Under the pieces are notes generated by a model. It saw only the letters and a program-made list of their open reading frames with translations. It ran no database searches and was not told the DNA's origin. DNA of 64,000 bases. Source: Tubiluchus corallicola (Eukaryota > Animalia > Priapulida). The DNA lies in contig JAQGDQ010000219.1 in NCBI GenBank assembly GCA_030141605.1, positions 124,001 to 188,000 of the forward strand, given 5' to 3'. The position numbers were made by a program, and so were the translations under genes. Of this stretch, positions 40,701 to 53,820 are shown one piece after another (position 1 is the stretch's first letter; every line of letters starts with the position of its first letter).

Positions 40701-43700
40701 TTGATAATTACCATGTTGAAAAATCTATCAACCCTGCTATGATAATATTATTAAAAACTGAACTTATATTAGTGAACTTACCAGCGTACGCTTTGCTATG
40801 TTCAAATGAGTCGTTGCTATTATTTTTGTGCCACTTAGTCGACTAAGTTGAGTGGCTACTATGTTATGAACATTTTCAGATTACATAAGTTTTCTACAAT
40901 TTCTTCTGAACGTATTTTGGTCTGTCCAATAAACAAACTCGTCGAGCTTAGATTTATGACCTATGTTTCACTTGTAAAGCGAAGAATCACGTCTACCAAA
41001 AGCCAGTGTATTTCCTTAAGACAGCCATGCTAACACAGCTCGTTAGCTAAAAAATCTAAAAAAACTAGTCCTGAAAACTATACACAGCTTTTTAGTATAC
41101 ATGTAGTTGGTAATAACAGGATGTTTTGAATTTATGACAGAGTGAGTGAAGTTGGTTTTGGTGTGAGTTTTTGAATAAGGGCAAATTGCTTTCTTTCTGT
41201 AAAATTGTGTTATGAGGTAGTAAATATCTTTTTATTTATCATTGTTAGGCCAGTTTTAACAGGTTTGGTAAGGTGGGGCGTTTATTGGTGTTTGTTATCA
41301 GTGCCGAAGTAAATAGTCTTTGAAATACTCAAGGTTGCCTAAATCTGTGTAAAGGTTGTTGTTCGTATAGCCTTTTAGTTTTAAGTGTAAACTTCCTAAT
41401 AAACAAAAATGATTTAAGCTGGTTTAAGGAAGATTTTCATTACATATATGCTTATAAGTACTTGAATTACTTCTACTACTACTAATAATAATAGTAATCT
41501 ATTAATTTGATGTTCTATTTATGTGTATTTATTTATGTAATAATTAATGTAAAATAAATTGTAAGATAATTCCTTATTTGGCTTTTTTATTTTCAGAATC
41601 CTAATGTGCCGAGTCCGGGTTTGGCACCGATGGGTCCCAACGACGGTATGCCCGGTGGGCCCATGCCACCGGGTTTCTTCCCGGTAGGTATCTCCTTGAA
41701 ATAACATTCCCTTTAAAATTCAACCACTTAGTCATCGTTTAGACAAAACCTAGATAAACATTATCTTTGCTTTTATGCGTAAACCTATGCAGAGTTTTTG
41801 TTTAGTTGTGTTTTGGCGCAGACTTTGGAGTATGAGTGAATGTGTCGCAGTACTCACCGGTCCTACTAGTAAAGATTGTACCTGGACACGCAACGTATTT
41901 AAAGCAAATTTTCTTGATACTGTTGTGTTAGCTGATATACCCGCCGGCATGTTTGCTACAGCAGTCGGCCCGCTGTCAGTCATTCTGGCAGCACGGCGAG
42001 TAAAACGCGCTGGGGTATTGTGCTCCATGACAAACTACATGTTCAGTAGCTGCACCTGTGCATGAGTTACTGCTAAAGCTCTACTGGATCATGCCTGTAA
42101 AAATGAGAATAAGGCATATATATATAAAACCGAGACCAGATATAGTTTTCGTTCGGTTTCGTCCTGGCTTCTAGGTTTTACGCGTAACGCGAACTTAGAG
42201 AGCCACTTTAAAAAGATTCTTTTGATGGTAGGCTTGTTTCTTGATTTTTTTCGGGGATCCCAGAAATGCTTATCGTTTGACAGTATTATTACCAACATTT
42301 TTTTATTATTAACTGGGAGATGCTTATTAATGAAATGCTGGTGTAGCTAAATTAATTATTGAACAGTTGCCATACTTCCGTGATAAAAATCTATTGAAAT
42401 AAAATGACCAAAAAATACTGTATTTGTGATTATGAACAAGATTTATGTCTATAGTCTGAAGTACTTGCACTTGTCACTAAAAAGTTATAGTCAGTTTAAT
42501 TATAATATTATTATCCTATATAAATTTGTTTGTATGCTGTAAAACTGTTTTGCAAATACATGTGGTATCTCCTCTAAGTCTTTTAACCAAATTCCTTTTG
42601 CTACTGCTAGCCTGCTACTATTTTATGTACTAATGAGCTACTATATATAATTTTACTGTTCACATTTTGTGTGTAGTCACTGTAGTGTATTCATTTGAAA
42701 TTTTCTGTTGAGTTACTTGCCTACAGTTCTTTCAAAGTTGTGCCAGGTTGATAAAATTAAGTTGATAATTAAGAACATTAAGTAATTGACGCTGTTCTGG
42801 TGCATAAAGCGATTACACATCTGATGATTTTTGATTGGTTGTAATGAAATTAAAAATGTGCCTTGTTTAAATTACATTTTTGGATTAAGTGAGATTTGCT
42901 GTGAGTCTTGTAACAAAAGCCTTTTAAATTATCTGCGGTGTTTCCCATTTGTTATGTTGTTGTTAGTGCTAATGCTTCTTGTCTGCTCGTGCATTGTTAT
43001 GCACTTAACTGTTAACTACTCTCTCAGACAGTAAAACCATCATGAACTTGACTGTAAAGCAAGTGGGTGCAAAAACTTAAAATTCCTCTGGTTTTTCAAA
43101 CAAAACTCAAGGGCTAAAGTAGCCAGATATTAGTGGCTGAAATCCTAATTTCAAGTATTTGAATTATGCTGTTGACTGCTTATGAAAAGTGTGGGAGTAT
43201 TTAGCAAACCAGTGTTGTCGTTTCCTGGACTGTGACGTTGACTATTATGTTGTTGACTATGTGTTGCTATATGATTTACAGAATCCTCACATGCGTCCGT
43301 CTCCACCGAATGTACAACCGGGATCGTCACAGCCGTCCCCCCACCCACAACCCCCACCCCCACACTGCGTCATGCCACAGAACCAGGTAAGTACCGTGCA
43401 TGTGCATGCTGCCTACCCCCGGCCTATGGTGAATGGAATGTTCTGTGGAACTTTTATTATGATAGTTCTCTTCCTGGGTCTTCCAAGATTCTGTGGCAAT
43501 TAGATGGAATCTGCCGTACCTGCACATCGTACTGCACATAGTTATTCACTGTTAACGTACCTTTTTAATTACTTATCCATTTTAGCCATTTCAGTCACAA
43601 AAATACTCCTGTGCCATAGTTTATTGCAAGTTCAGTAGTGATTTCCCATTACTCCATCTCATGTAAACAAGCGGATCAAAATATTAAAATAAACACTTTT

Positions 43701-46700
43701 TAAATGACTGTTGTACAAATTAATAATGTCTACTTTTTGTGATGAATGACTTTCTTGTAATTTGAGGAATGTCTCCAAATTCACTACTTACTTAAACAGT
43801 AATCACACTAGAAAAGCATGTCTTCGTCTTCGATAAGTGATTAGTAACTGCACTTAAATAGATGTAATGTTTGCATCCATCAGAAAAAAAGTGGGTTAAT
43901 TGAGTATTACAAAACTTTTTCCTTGTCTTTTCCTCTCTGAACCTTGTAACTACAGAGCTGCAGAGGATTTTGTTGCCTCTTGCATGGGTTTTTCCTAGTT
44001 CTCCTAGTATCCTTTGATGTATCTACTTTTTTATTGCGGAATTTTTATTTATTTTACCACGTCCTTTTATAAGTCGTGCAATTATTCCACATTAGTCCTT
44101 AATAAGTATTGAGTGTCTGTTGTTCAAGATGTTTTTCAACTACACCCGAGTGTTGTGAGAACACTCCTTTACCGAAAGTTGGACTTTACAAACATCTTAC
44201 ATATTAATGTTTGTAATTAAGACGCGTTGATTGCAGTAATTAACACACCCATATGGCAAGCCTCACATCTAACAAATGTATGAAGCTGTATTAATTCTAT
44301 GAAAATTATTCATTGTCCATTGAAATGCATACCTAGCTCCTTGTATAACGAAAACGATGGGAGTATTAGGTCAATTGAATTCATTTAAAAGTTTAACAGA
44401 ACAGCACACATTTAGCTGAAAATTTTGAAATTAAAGCCTATTTGGTATAAAAATAGGTGAAATTTACCACCTTTCCTTTTCAGGACACAGTTATGCCTAT
44501 ATTTTCTCCTTTTTCCTGCCACTCTTCCTTTTGCATTAACTTGTTGTGGTGTTGGTCTGTCCTATATGAATCTATTTTTTTGGTTTTCTTTGAGGTTCTA
44601 ATAATTACAGTTTGAATATTGCATATGCCACTGTTATGTATGAGTGCGTATATGCAAAGGAATGTGGCTGCTTCTTGGCAGCATGTTTTACGTCTAAAAT
44701 ATTGAACTCTGGATAGAAAACAATAATTTTTCCAGTTCGTATTTCAGTTCACATCTATGCTTGTGATTATACTTTAGCTTGTGTATGCTATTTATTCTTT
44801 TTTGAACAGCATTTTGCTCTTAATCAGCGATGCCATTATTTTCAATTTTCCTATTTATGAAAAAGTAGCATTTTCACCTTTCAGAAGTATGGTTTCAAAT
44901 TATCTGTTTGAAAAAGTTGAAGCTTCAAGTTATGTTGTCTGTTTATATCTTGAAAGAAAATGCCTGATATATTCTTTAGACAATTAATTAATACTGCAAA
45001 TAAGTGAAAATGAGTACAACTATGTTTCTTTTTCTAAGTAATTTTATTTAATCGTAGGACTTTTCATACTGACTTGCAATGTTTCTGCTGTAATACATTC
45101 ACTTCTAGTTGTGACTCTATTAATTTTATTTATTTTTTTGTCTTTGTTGCAGCCCTTTATGTCACCTAGGTATCCAGGAGGACCAAGGGGCCCTGTCCGA
45201 ATGCCGGGACAACAAGAATTTAGTGTAAATTCTGTAAGTGTCATACAGCTTCTTTAAATTATGTTGTTTTTTGCATACATACTGAGAATGTAAAACAAGT
45301 GTGAAAACACTGTTAGTATTAACATAACAGCTACATTGAACGTTGTGTAATAAACAAGAACACTTCAGTGGCAAGAAAAATCTAGGTGGTCACGTGTGCT
45401 TGGCGTCCAATTTTGTAGATTTGCTAGCGTGTCTTAAAACCAGAGATTTGTGAAAAATTGTTAATGTAAACTATATTACATTTTTTTTGCTAATAGATTC
45501 ATTAAAGTACATCAGTTTTTACCTATATTGCCACAAACACTATGCTGAATTTTATGTTTACTTTTTTATTTTTCTTACTAAAAGTGTCACTTTTTGCATT
45601 TCTATGAAGTGTTTTTTGCATTGTTACTTTAATGATGCATTTTTTTTTTGTTTAAAGAGAAAATACAATGACCTTTTTGTCATTGTTCTGTTTTCATAAT
45701 TGCTGTAAGTGTCAGATTTGTTACTATTTATTTCAAATGCAAAGTTTTTAAAATAATCTTCGTATTTTTAGCCGCCAGGTGGTGTACCACAGCCGATGAT
45801 GCCAAACAGCATGGACCCACGACAAAGTAAAATTCTTATAATTGATTTGTTGTTACATTTTGCTCTGTTTAGCATGCTCTGTTTTCATGACATTTGCGTT
45901 GCTGTTTTATTCCTGCAATAAATTAAAAAGATCTGTAGTCGTCACTATTGTTTTTCAGATTGTCCCTGTGTATTAAATGTAACTGAAGAAGTTTTTTGTT
46001 TTTTTGTGCTGTCTATGTAGCCTAAAGATTCCCATCAGACAGATTTGCAAACAAACTACTTTGTGTGACTATTTAGTTACTTAATGGGTATCACACTTGA
46101 GCAGTGGTGAGAAGCCCACAAAAGTGCTAGTAGTGCTCGCTTGGATAATGTTAAAAGGATAGGAATATTTGGACAATAAGACATATTTTGGTGTTGGTTT
46201 AAGAAGATTTTTTACTAAATTTCTCTGAATATTCTTAACCAGATTTGTTCTCCCAGGCTCACTTTTAGCATTCGTGGTTAAAACCCTTCTTTCTGGGCTT
46301 TTTAGTGCATTCAAATACTTTGTAAAATCCAAACAAAATTTTACTTATATAAATGGTGCCAATATCATGTTAATGTTTGCAGCTATTTCAGGTATGAATC
46401 ACATGTCTCGGATGAGCCATTCGAGGCCTATGGGGCCTGGCCCAGGAATGAATCCCGGCAACTATGGTGGCATGCGACAAATGGGTCCTGGTGTAATGCC
46501 TCCTATGTCTATGTAAGTAGCAGGTTACTAGGGGAAATTTTACTTTTTTAATGGACGTAGCTTTAAACACAGCCTCATTGAGCACAACTAATAAGCTAAC
46601 AATTTCTCAAGAAGCATTAAGGCTTGTAAAAAATTTAAAAGCATTAAGGCCTGTAAAAAAAATTTTAGTAAAAAATCAACCTTTGTAGATTTGTGTAGTT

Positions 46701-49700
46701 ACATTGGTAAGAATTATCAAAATATCTATAACATATACTTGTGATATTTTTGTCTTATATTCATGAAGCTGTTTTCTTATTAAAAGGTAAACAAGAGTGT
46801 ACTTAGTGTTTAAAGAAATATTTACGGATTAGTTGTGTTTAAGAAAATAGCCAGAATTAATTCTCTTAAAACATTAACTTACCAAAATGTTGTTTACTGT
46901 TTTATGAAGATATGAATATGAGCTCAACTGACTAACAAAGACTTAAGATTGCTTCAGGCATTTTTATGTAGAAGCAGTAGTGATACTGTTAGACGAGATT
47001 TATCGTAATCTTATTAAATAGTTTTTCCTGTTATTTCTTTTTTCAATGAAACATCAACAAAGCCTGAACACGAATATAAGTTGGTGCCAAAACAAAAAAG
47101 CTCAACTAAAAAGTATTCTTGCTGTGTTATTCTTGTCAATATGACACACCTTTGAAATTATTGAAACTGAAGTAATGCCGATTGCCTAGAGGCTATGTAG
47201 GACATTCAAATATATTTTCAAATTTTATTTATCTGGATCGCAGAAGCGTTCAGGAGGTAGGGTATAGGAGGTAACTGCCCCTTGGAGTTGTATTCAGAAT
47301 CAGAGCAGATTAATTCAATGCATGCATTGTGTGCATTTGTGCGCAGTAAAATTTGTGTGCATTTACATATTTCAAACAAGTCTGTGTCCACAGAAGTGTC
47401 GGCAGCCAGAGACAGGAGTCAGTCCTGGTCGGAGTTACAGCCTCCTACAGTTGTAGGCTAGAGCTGGAAAAGGTCATTTTCAGTATTATTAGCCACGATT
47501 GGGTATGAACCAGTCTGGATTGAATCCACTCTAGATCTAAGATCTGAACTCCTGTACCAATTATATTGTTTGTATGGCTCTGTCGGTATGAACATTATTT
47601 AATTGATCACTGGTTTAATATTCTTATGTCAAACAAAAGAAATGTGTAAAAATGTTTAGATTGAAAAAAATTGTTTTTAATTTTGGGTGTCGTTGACTGA
47701 GATAAATTTAAGATTTAATACCGAACTACTTGGTTACTTAAATGAAGAAAATTTCTCTGTTACTGTGTCAACTTTCGTTAAGAACTTGAGACACTTAATA
47801 ATACTAATTACATCCTGGATAACGTAGTAGTACATTTGCCATCATTCTTGTGCTACAGTAATACATTTGTTTGGCACATTTATGAAATACAGCAAAAAAA
47901 TACTACATTTTTACAGGTCAGGTCCAGGTGGTCCGCCAGGACCGGGCGGTCCTCGAGGGTGGGCACCAAACACATCACAAGTGAGTTGGTTAATGCGTTT
48001 TTCACTTATTGCTGTTGAAAATGCTTGCATGTGTTTTTTGTCCGTATGTGACAGACCTTACATATGCGTTGTTATGAGTTTGTGCATTCATATTACATTT
48101 TTGTCACTTTCCCTTATCAAATCCTCATCAAGTAGCATTCGGTTTGATCTGCTTGATTTGTTAATTTTACTGCATAGTTATCTTTATTTTAAAGTGAAAT
48201 CAAGAACTTTTTTGTAAGATGCTTAAAAACAAAAACTAACAAAATGGCAGCACAAAATAATTGCAATTTGTAACTTCTTATTTAGAACAGGAATCCAGAA
48301 TCTCAAATGTGAGCTTCTAAATTTCTGCAGAGCTGAAGAATGTGATATGATTTTCTACTATTATTGCCCAGTTTGTCTGTGCTCATAAGGATATATATTT
48401 TTTGTATGGCAGTAAGTTACTTGAATAAAATTAATAATGCAAGTAGATTTCAGATGCTGTGACTCAGCCGCATGGTTGCATTATTTTTCTGTTTTACTTT
48501 TCAGGGTTACTCATCGTCGTCACCAGGAAATTATTCTGTAAGTATACATAGTGCAGTAATCATTAAAGTGTTAGATGTGTCTTTTTACATTTTCCCACTT
48601 GGCTTAATATATTTCTCTCTAGAAATTGTCTTTGTGATCGATTAGTGAGAAATTACTGAGCTTCTTGGAACTTCTTGATTCTTTATGGATGTTGCAATTA
48701 ATCTTGTGACCAGGTTGATTTTTTTCATTCAGTTTCTCTTTCAGTGTTCCATTAGTCAGTGTTTGTAGAATTTGGTAACTCATATACAGAAGCGTCAAAA
48801 ACAAAGAATCATGTTTTTTTGTGAGATTTGATTTTAATACGTGAAAGAGGGAGAGCTAGAGTGGTCCTTGAATTTGGCCCCAAATTCAAAAACCGTACCT
48901 TTATTTTTAAACTCAAACAGAAGGCGAATATTATTATTGCTGCTTTTTACATCGTTGCATTGTGTACAAATGGAAAAAACAACAACAAATGATTAAAATA
49001 TATGCATGATTATTACAACACAAAGTTTACTTGGTATTTATAATGAACAAATGACAATGATGTTTTATTAGTAATTACATTAGTGTATCAAGAAAAAGAG
49101 AAGGCTCACTACTTCCTTACGACTGTGAGCAGCCTAGATACATTTTAGTAATACATATTAGTATGTGATACGATGTAATATGTATAGACTAGAAATCACG
49201 TATTTAAACAAAAAATGTTCTGCGACAGTACTCATTAAAACATTGCATACCTTTTGAATTGAGGCTATATATTATCTGCAGTAAAAAATTTTGGAAGTAA
49301 CATGTATTGGGCTAGAAATACTTTGTTAACTCAATCCTAAGTTAGCTCAGATAGCACAGGAGATATAGTGGCTAACAGGGAAGCCTAACTAAAATGAATA
49401 GCTAAGAGTAGTTTGTTCAGAGGTAATTGGGTGAAATGTCAGGTAATAGGGCTCAAATGTTACTCGTTCATAGAAAACGGTCAAGCGTTATGAGTGTAGA
49501 ACAGCCTGTTTGCAGGGATGGACCCAGGCAACCAATGCTGTTAGAAAATAATCACACCATGCCTCGAGAATACTAGCCCATTTCTCGACAAGAAGGTTCT
49601 CCTTTTTTTTAAAGCACTAGACTACTTGGATAAAAGGACAGTGACAGTATCAATACTAATAACACTAAAAATATTTAATTTTATCAGACAATTTCATACG

Positions 49701-52700
49701 TACATTATTGTCTCCCATACAAACAGAGCATTGGCAGGTGATGTAGTGGAGATCTTACTGCTTCTTTCCCTTCTTCCATCCATGCATTTAACCAAATGTT
49801 TTGTATTCTGTAAGACCTAAGTCAAACATTAGTAGTTGCCCCTTATATCGAGGCTTGCAGACTTGCAGTGCACTAAACTGTATTCATATTTCTTAAGATT
49901 TGTTTGAAATTGTATTTACATATATACTTTTTTCCAGGGTCCTCAAGGCCCACCAGGTACACCTATTATGCCCAGTCCACAAGGTGAGTTATAGCCAAAG
50001 TTTGTCATCTTAGAGATATCTTAATCATGCAGGTATGAGTTAACTGAGTGGTACCAGTTGTTGATGTAGTGTAATCATAACTGTGCAGTTTGCATAATTT
50101 TGGCATAAAGTCTTCACACTTTATGTTGCCTTTGTTTTTCTTGATTTTAGCCTTTTAGTTTTGTGTTTTTGTTAAAACTGTGTTCTAGCTGTCTCCTGGA
50201 AATTGACTAGGATAATTTGTCATTCTTTCTAAGCTGCTTGTTAGCATTAGTAATTTGTGTTAAATCTGGAGTCTGTGTTAAATTGGTAAACTGGCGCTGC
50301 ATTGAGAAAATGTTGAGTGTGCATATTATAACTAATTAAAAAAGCTATTTAATTAAACAATTTAATATTCCTAGAATCGCATCCTTCCCTTACCTTGTTG
50401 AAATGAGAAACTTGCAATATTATTGAAAGTGAATCAGCCTACGCAATCTTGCTAAGCTTTTTGCTAAACTATGTAGTTGAGTGAAAAAATTCGTAGGCAA
50501 TTTCTGATTTAAATATAGCCTGTGCTACAGTTATCCTTTCTGAATATAACTTGCCTTGATTATATTTGAGTGTCTCAGTGATTTTGTTAATGCCCCACAG
50601 GGTCCACAGGTCCGTATTCACCGGCCAGTACGAAAATGCCGACACCAACAATACTGAATAGAAGAGGTGATTATTTGCGTAGGATGCAGTTCGCTGTGCA
50701 GCGTGGCATTTTGCTAACTCGCATGCTTTTACACGCTTTATTTGAACATAAATTCTTATTCATTGCACAGATCTCTAGATTACAACTAAATTAGAAATAA
50801 AAATTAAAAAATTTTAAACTGATCAGTTAATTACTACATTTAAAAGTTGTTACAAATTGATAAGATATATTTTTTTCACAAACATAGTATAGTAACCTAT
50901 GCAGATTTTTTCATAATATTTAAAATTACTTAAGCTTCCAATAATAACCCTATAGAGGACTTGTTAGTTTGGTGTATAAAGTGTCTTATCCAAAATTAAA
51001 GTTGTTAATTATATGTTGACTAGAAAATTGGTTCGTTTTATGGTCATTAAGCAGAGAGTTTTCTTGGGCCTCTGCGAAGGCATGCGAGTTGCGATTTATT
51101 TTCAACAACTTTTCTTTCTGTGCTCGTACTCGAATCACATGATGTGCCTGTTTTAATCCACTAATGTTTCCAATTATCTTCTTGCTAACAATTTATTTGC
51201 AATGCGGCAAGCTGCAACATGTTTTGGTGCCGAAGCAGTTGTAGTGAATAGAAAGACTAAATTAGAGATGCTAGGCAATTAGACATAGCGATTAACAATA
51301 TCTGACTAATGCTTTTTAGTTAGAATCTCTGTGTGACTGTGATGTTGACATTATTAATTTTAAACTATTGAAGGAATTTGGTTCTTTGAAATTCAGTACG
51401 TGTGTTTTAATTTGGTTTTATGTACAAGATAGTACACTGAGATTTTAGAACAATTTGTTTGCATTGATAATGTCTGAGAGATTTATAATTGTTTAGTTAT
51501 AATGTGTGTTGTGTCATGTGTTATTGACTCTTGCTTAATATTTTTACAGATTCAACAAATTCAGGAGATAATGTTTATGCTATGATGAATCCTGTACCTG
51601 GTGGCAATAGACCTGGGGTACGAATTTTTTTGTTATCATTAATTTCTTCTTGTTTGGTAATGCACCAAATATAATGCACCAGTATTATACTGTAAAATGT
51701 TGTTTGTTATAATCTGCTTCAAATCGTGACTGTTTTGAGCTTTTTTTAAGTCTTCAATACCAAAAATTACTTAGTCTTAACATTTATCATGTTTGCTTGT
51801 GGCTTTCAATGTGCTAGGCCAAAAGCACTTGCCATTATATCACATGAGCTGTTTTAGTGCAGACATTTGAAAAGTGAAATATATATGAGCATTTCTTCTT
51901 ATGTGAAATAAGGCAATGACAGCACTCAAAAAACGTTTGAAACTAAAATACTAGAAATACAGTATATCAGTAAATGTGATTTTATTTACTCTTGTTTGTG
52001 CAAGCTTTTGTACAGTGGAATATTGCTATTGATCTAAATGTATTTCTATGGACATGTCTTCATACAAACTGATTTTAAGGCACTGCCAACAAACTGGGGT
52101 ATTTCAAAAAGGTGGGCACCTGAAATTCAGTATGAAAATGAGCTTTGACATGGTTTATTCCGGTCTATGTATTCATATTTGTATGATTCGTGCAGTGATT
52201 TCCATATAAATTTTTGGCATAGAAAATACTTTTAAAGGTAAAAATTAGAAATGAACACAAAAACAAACTGAAGTCAAAAATGTGGACCTGCAGAGGTTTA
52301 ATAGTCTTACTTTGGTATTTCCATTTTGGGTTTGAAATAATTTCGTTTTTGCCTTTCTTACTTTTGAAGTAGGCTATGCAAAATCTGTGGATTGTATGCA
52401 TTTTTGACATGCTCATGCAGTTTTTATATACAGACTACTTTACACATTAAATTGCAGGCTAATTCGTGGTGTGAAAGTTTATCGCAGGCTCTCCTGCTGT
52501 CATGTGCCTATTGTTTCGTGCTTTAGACGTGTTACCGTTAAGTTTCATTGAGGGTTATGGATTAACTCTGTTGTGTTCTTTGTTTTCTAACTGGTTTTGT
52601 AGAAAATGCTATATGCAGAAAATCTGGGGCAAAATATTCAACATTTGGCCATTAAATTTTAACAAATTTGCTGTCTATTTTTTTAGTTTCCAATGTCTAG

Positions 52701-53820
52701 CGGTCCTGATGGCCCACTTCCCATGGGTGGACCAGATTTACCAGTTATGAATGGAGGTAAGTTTAAATTATATCTAAGTCATATTTGTGTACCCAATTAA
52801 TACAGTATCGTGAAAAAATTCATGTACGCTTTCCTGGGTAATATAGTGTAATTGTTGCAAATCAGTATTGCTTAATGCGTGATTGAATGTAATATTGCTA
52901 TGATTTTTGAAAACAATATAGACACAGTATCTTTATGTGTGTTCATTACCTTAACTTTTGTGAGGAAGCCATACGGTAACAGCCTTAGTCATTTGACAGT
53001 TTTTCAGCTAATAAAACCTTAATTTGGTTTGCTTCCAGGTGACGGCATGGAAGGGATGAAAAATTCACCAGCAAATGGTCCCGGGACACCGCGGGATGAC
53101 GGAATGGGAGACTATAACCTCGGATACCCAGACGGCCATCCTGCAAGCCATGTAAGTTCTCGTAATGTCTTCTAGCTGTCCAGTGCAGCTAGCGATGACC
53201 TCACAAGTGGAGAAAATTTTGTAACTGCAGAAACTTTCCATAAGCAATTTGTATGATTTAGCAAAAGTGAAAATTAAAGAATAGCATTGCTGTATAACAC
53301 TGACAATGAAACTCAAAAATTAGGCAAATTCTGAGTTTATAACTTCACATTTTGAGAGTATTGCATTTTTTAGCCTAGTATGTGATTTTATGCACCTGCC
53401 TCAAGTCTTAAGTGCAGATGCTTTTTCTGTGTTACTGTGCCTATTTTCTGTGCAATGTATTTCGAAAAGTAAGCACTGTTAAGCACCTGTACATTGTATA
53501 TCTGAAAGCGTCGATAAAAAACAATGAATTTAACCGTCCGTGATAATAATTTTTTCTTGTAAACTAGTCTTAAAACTAGTATATTTTCTTTTAAATAGTT
53601 TATATTCCAAATCGTTGCTCTAGGATCTAAAATTGGTACTGTTTTCTTTTAAAGCACCTGAATTTTACATACATAATATATTTCCAAATTATAGCAATCT
53701 TTTACAATTTTGTAGCAAAATGAATCTGAGGCGATATTAAAAATTAAAGAAACCATGCAGGAGGAAGCAAAAAGGTTTGAAAAGGAGGGCGAACATCCTG
53801 AGTATTCATTTATGCAATAA
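17746..53820 (+). CDS. SSBP3: Single-stranded DNA-binding protein SSBP2/3/4 (SSDP; LisH/LUFS domain, LDB1/Chip cofactor), 423 aa; exons 17746-17801, 19057-19129, 19602-19663, 21566-21650, 25369-25416, 41597-41683, 43282-43386, 45153-45233, 45772-45826, 46392-46512, 47917-47980, 48505-48537, 49938-49983, 51550-51617, 52687-52756, 53039-53151, 53716-53820
   Basis: The N-terminus [92 protein letters not shown] is the canonical LUFS domain. It is followed by Pro/Gly/Met-rich blocks [41 protein letters not shown] and PGTPRDDG. The exons sum to 1272 nt with consistent phases and end in TAA at 53818-53820. Confidence 0.93.
21709..21930 (+). mobile_element. Short Helentron/HINE-like element just after SSBP exon 4
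   Basis: Starts TTTTAATTACC, then a (TCTG)n tract and an AAAGTCAATGGTCAAGATCA motif. It ends TCTGCACTTTGTTGAGGCCTCTCATTCTAGT, a degenerate hairpin plus CTAGT terminus typical of this class. Confidence 0.55.
22745..22850 (+). repeat. (CT)n microsatellite followed by a tRNA-derived SINE-like fragment
   Basis: About 15 CT units, then GGGTTCCTGGTTCAAATCCAGG containing a Pol III B-box (GGTTCAAATCC). Confidence 0.55.
26254..26694. mobile_element. Old hAT (Charlie-like) MITE
   Basis: Termini TAGTGGTTTTCAACC and GTTTGAGAACCACTG. Flanking 8-mers GTGTGCAT and GCATACAT match at 5 of 8 positions, consistent with a decayed target-site duplication. Confidence 0.5.
29940..30710. repeat. Diverged ~170-185 bp tandem units, probably the interior of a non-autonomous transposon
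   Basis: Recurrent AT(G/A)GAGATCAC at about 30311, 30479 and 30663, with AAGCAATTTAAA and TGAAA...TTCTTT motifs repeated at similar spacing. Confidence 0.5.
30853..31034. repeat. Two-copy ~92-bp direct repeat
   Basis: AGAGAAATAGAG...TTGTAGATGGCAGTTAACCAAGCTAAAT...GGTACCGGT.CTG.TGCACTT occurs twice in tandem. Confidence 0.8.
31055..31520 (+). mobile_element. Degenerate RTE-clade LINE reverse-transcriptase fragment
   Basis: Frameshifted translation gives [79 protein letters not shown], collinear with RTE/BovB-type RT motifs. Confidence 0.75.
36555..36740 (-). mobile_element. tRNA-derived SINE-like element
   Basis: The minus strand reads TGGATGTCTGGCAAGTGGTTTAG..GGACTGCAACC..GAGTTCGATACT (A-box and B-box-like motifs), followed by a short body ending in a TAAA-rich tail. 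Confidence 0.4.
37386..38236. repeat. Minisatellite: 11 copies of a 77-78 bp unit
   Basis: Unit CACACCAGCTTGGGTCAAAAAACATGGCCGACCTGGCGGACACGTTTAAGTAAAAAACTGCATCAGCAACCTTGAAAT starts at 37386, 37464, 37542, 37620, 37697, 37774, 37851, 37929, 38007, 38085 and 38163. Confidence 0.97.
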
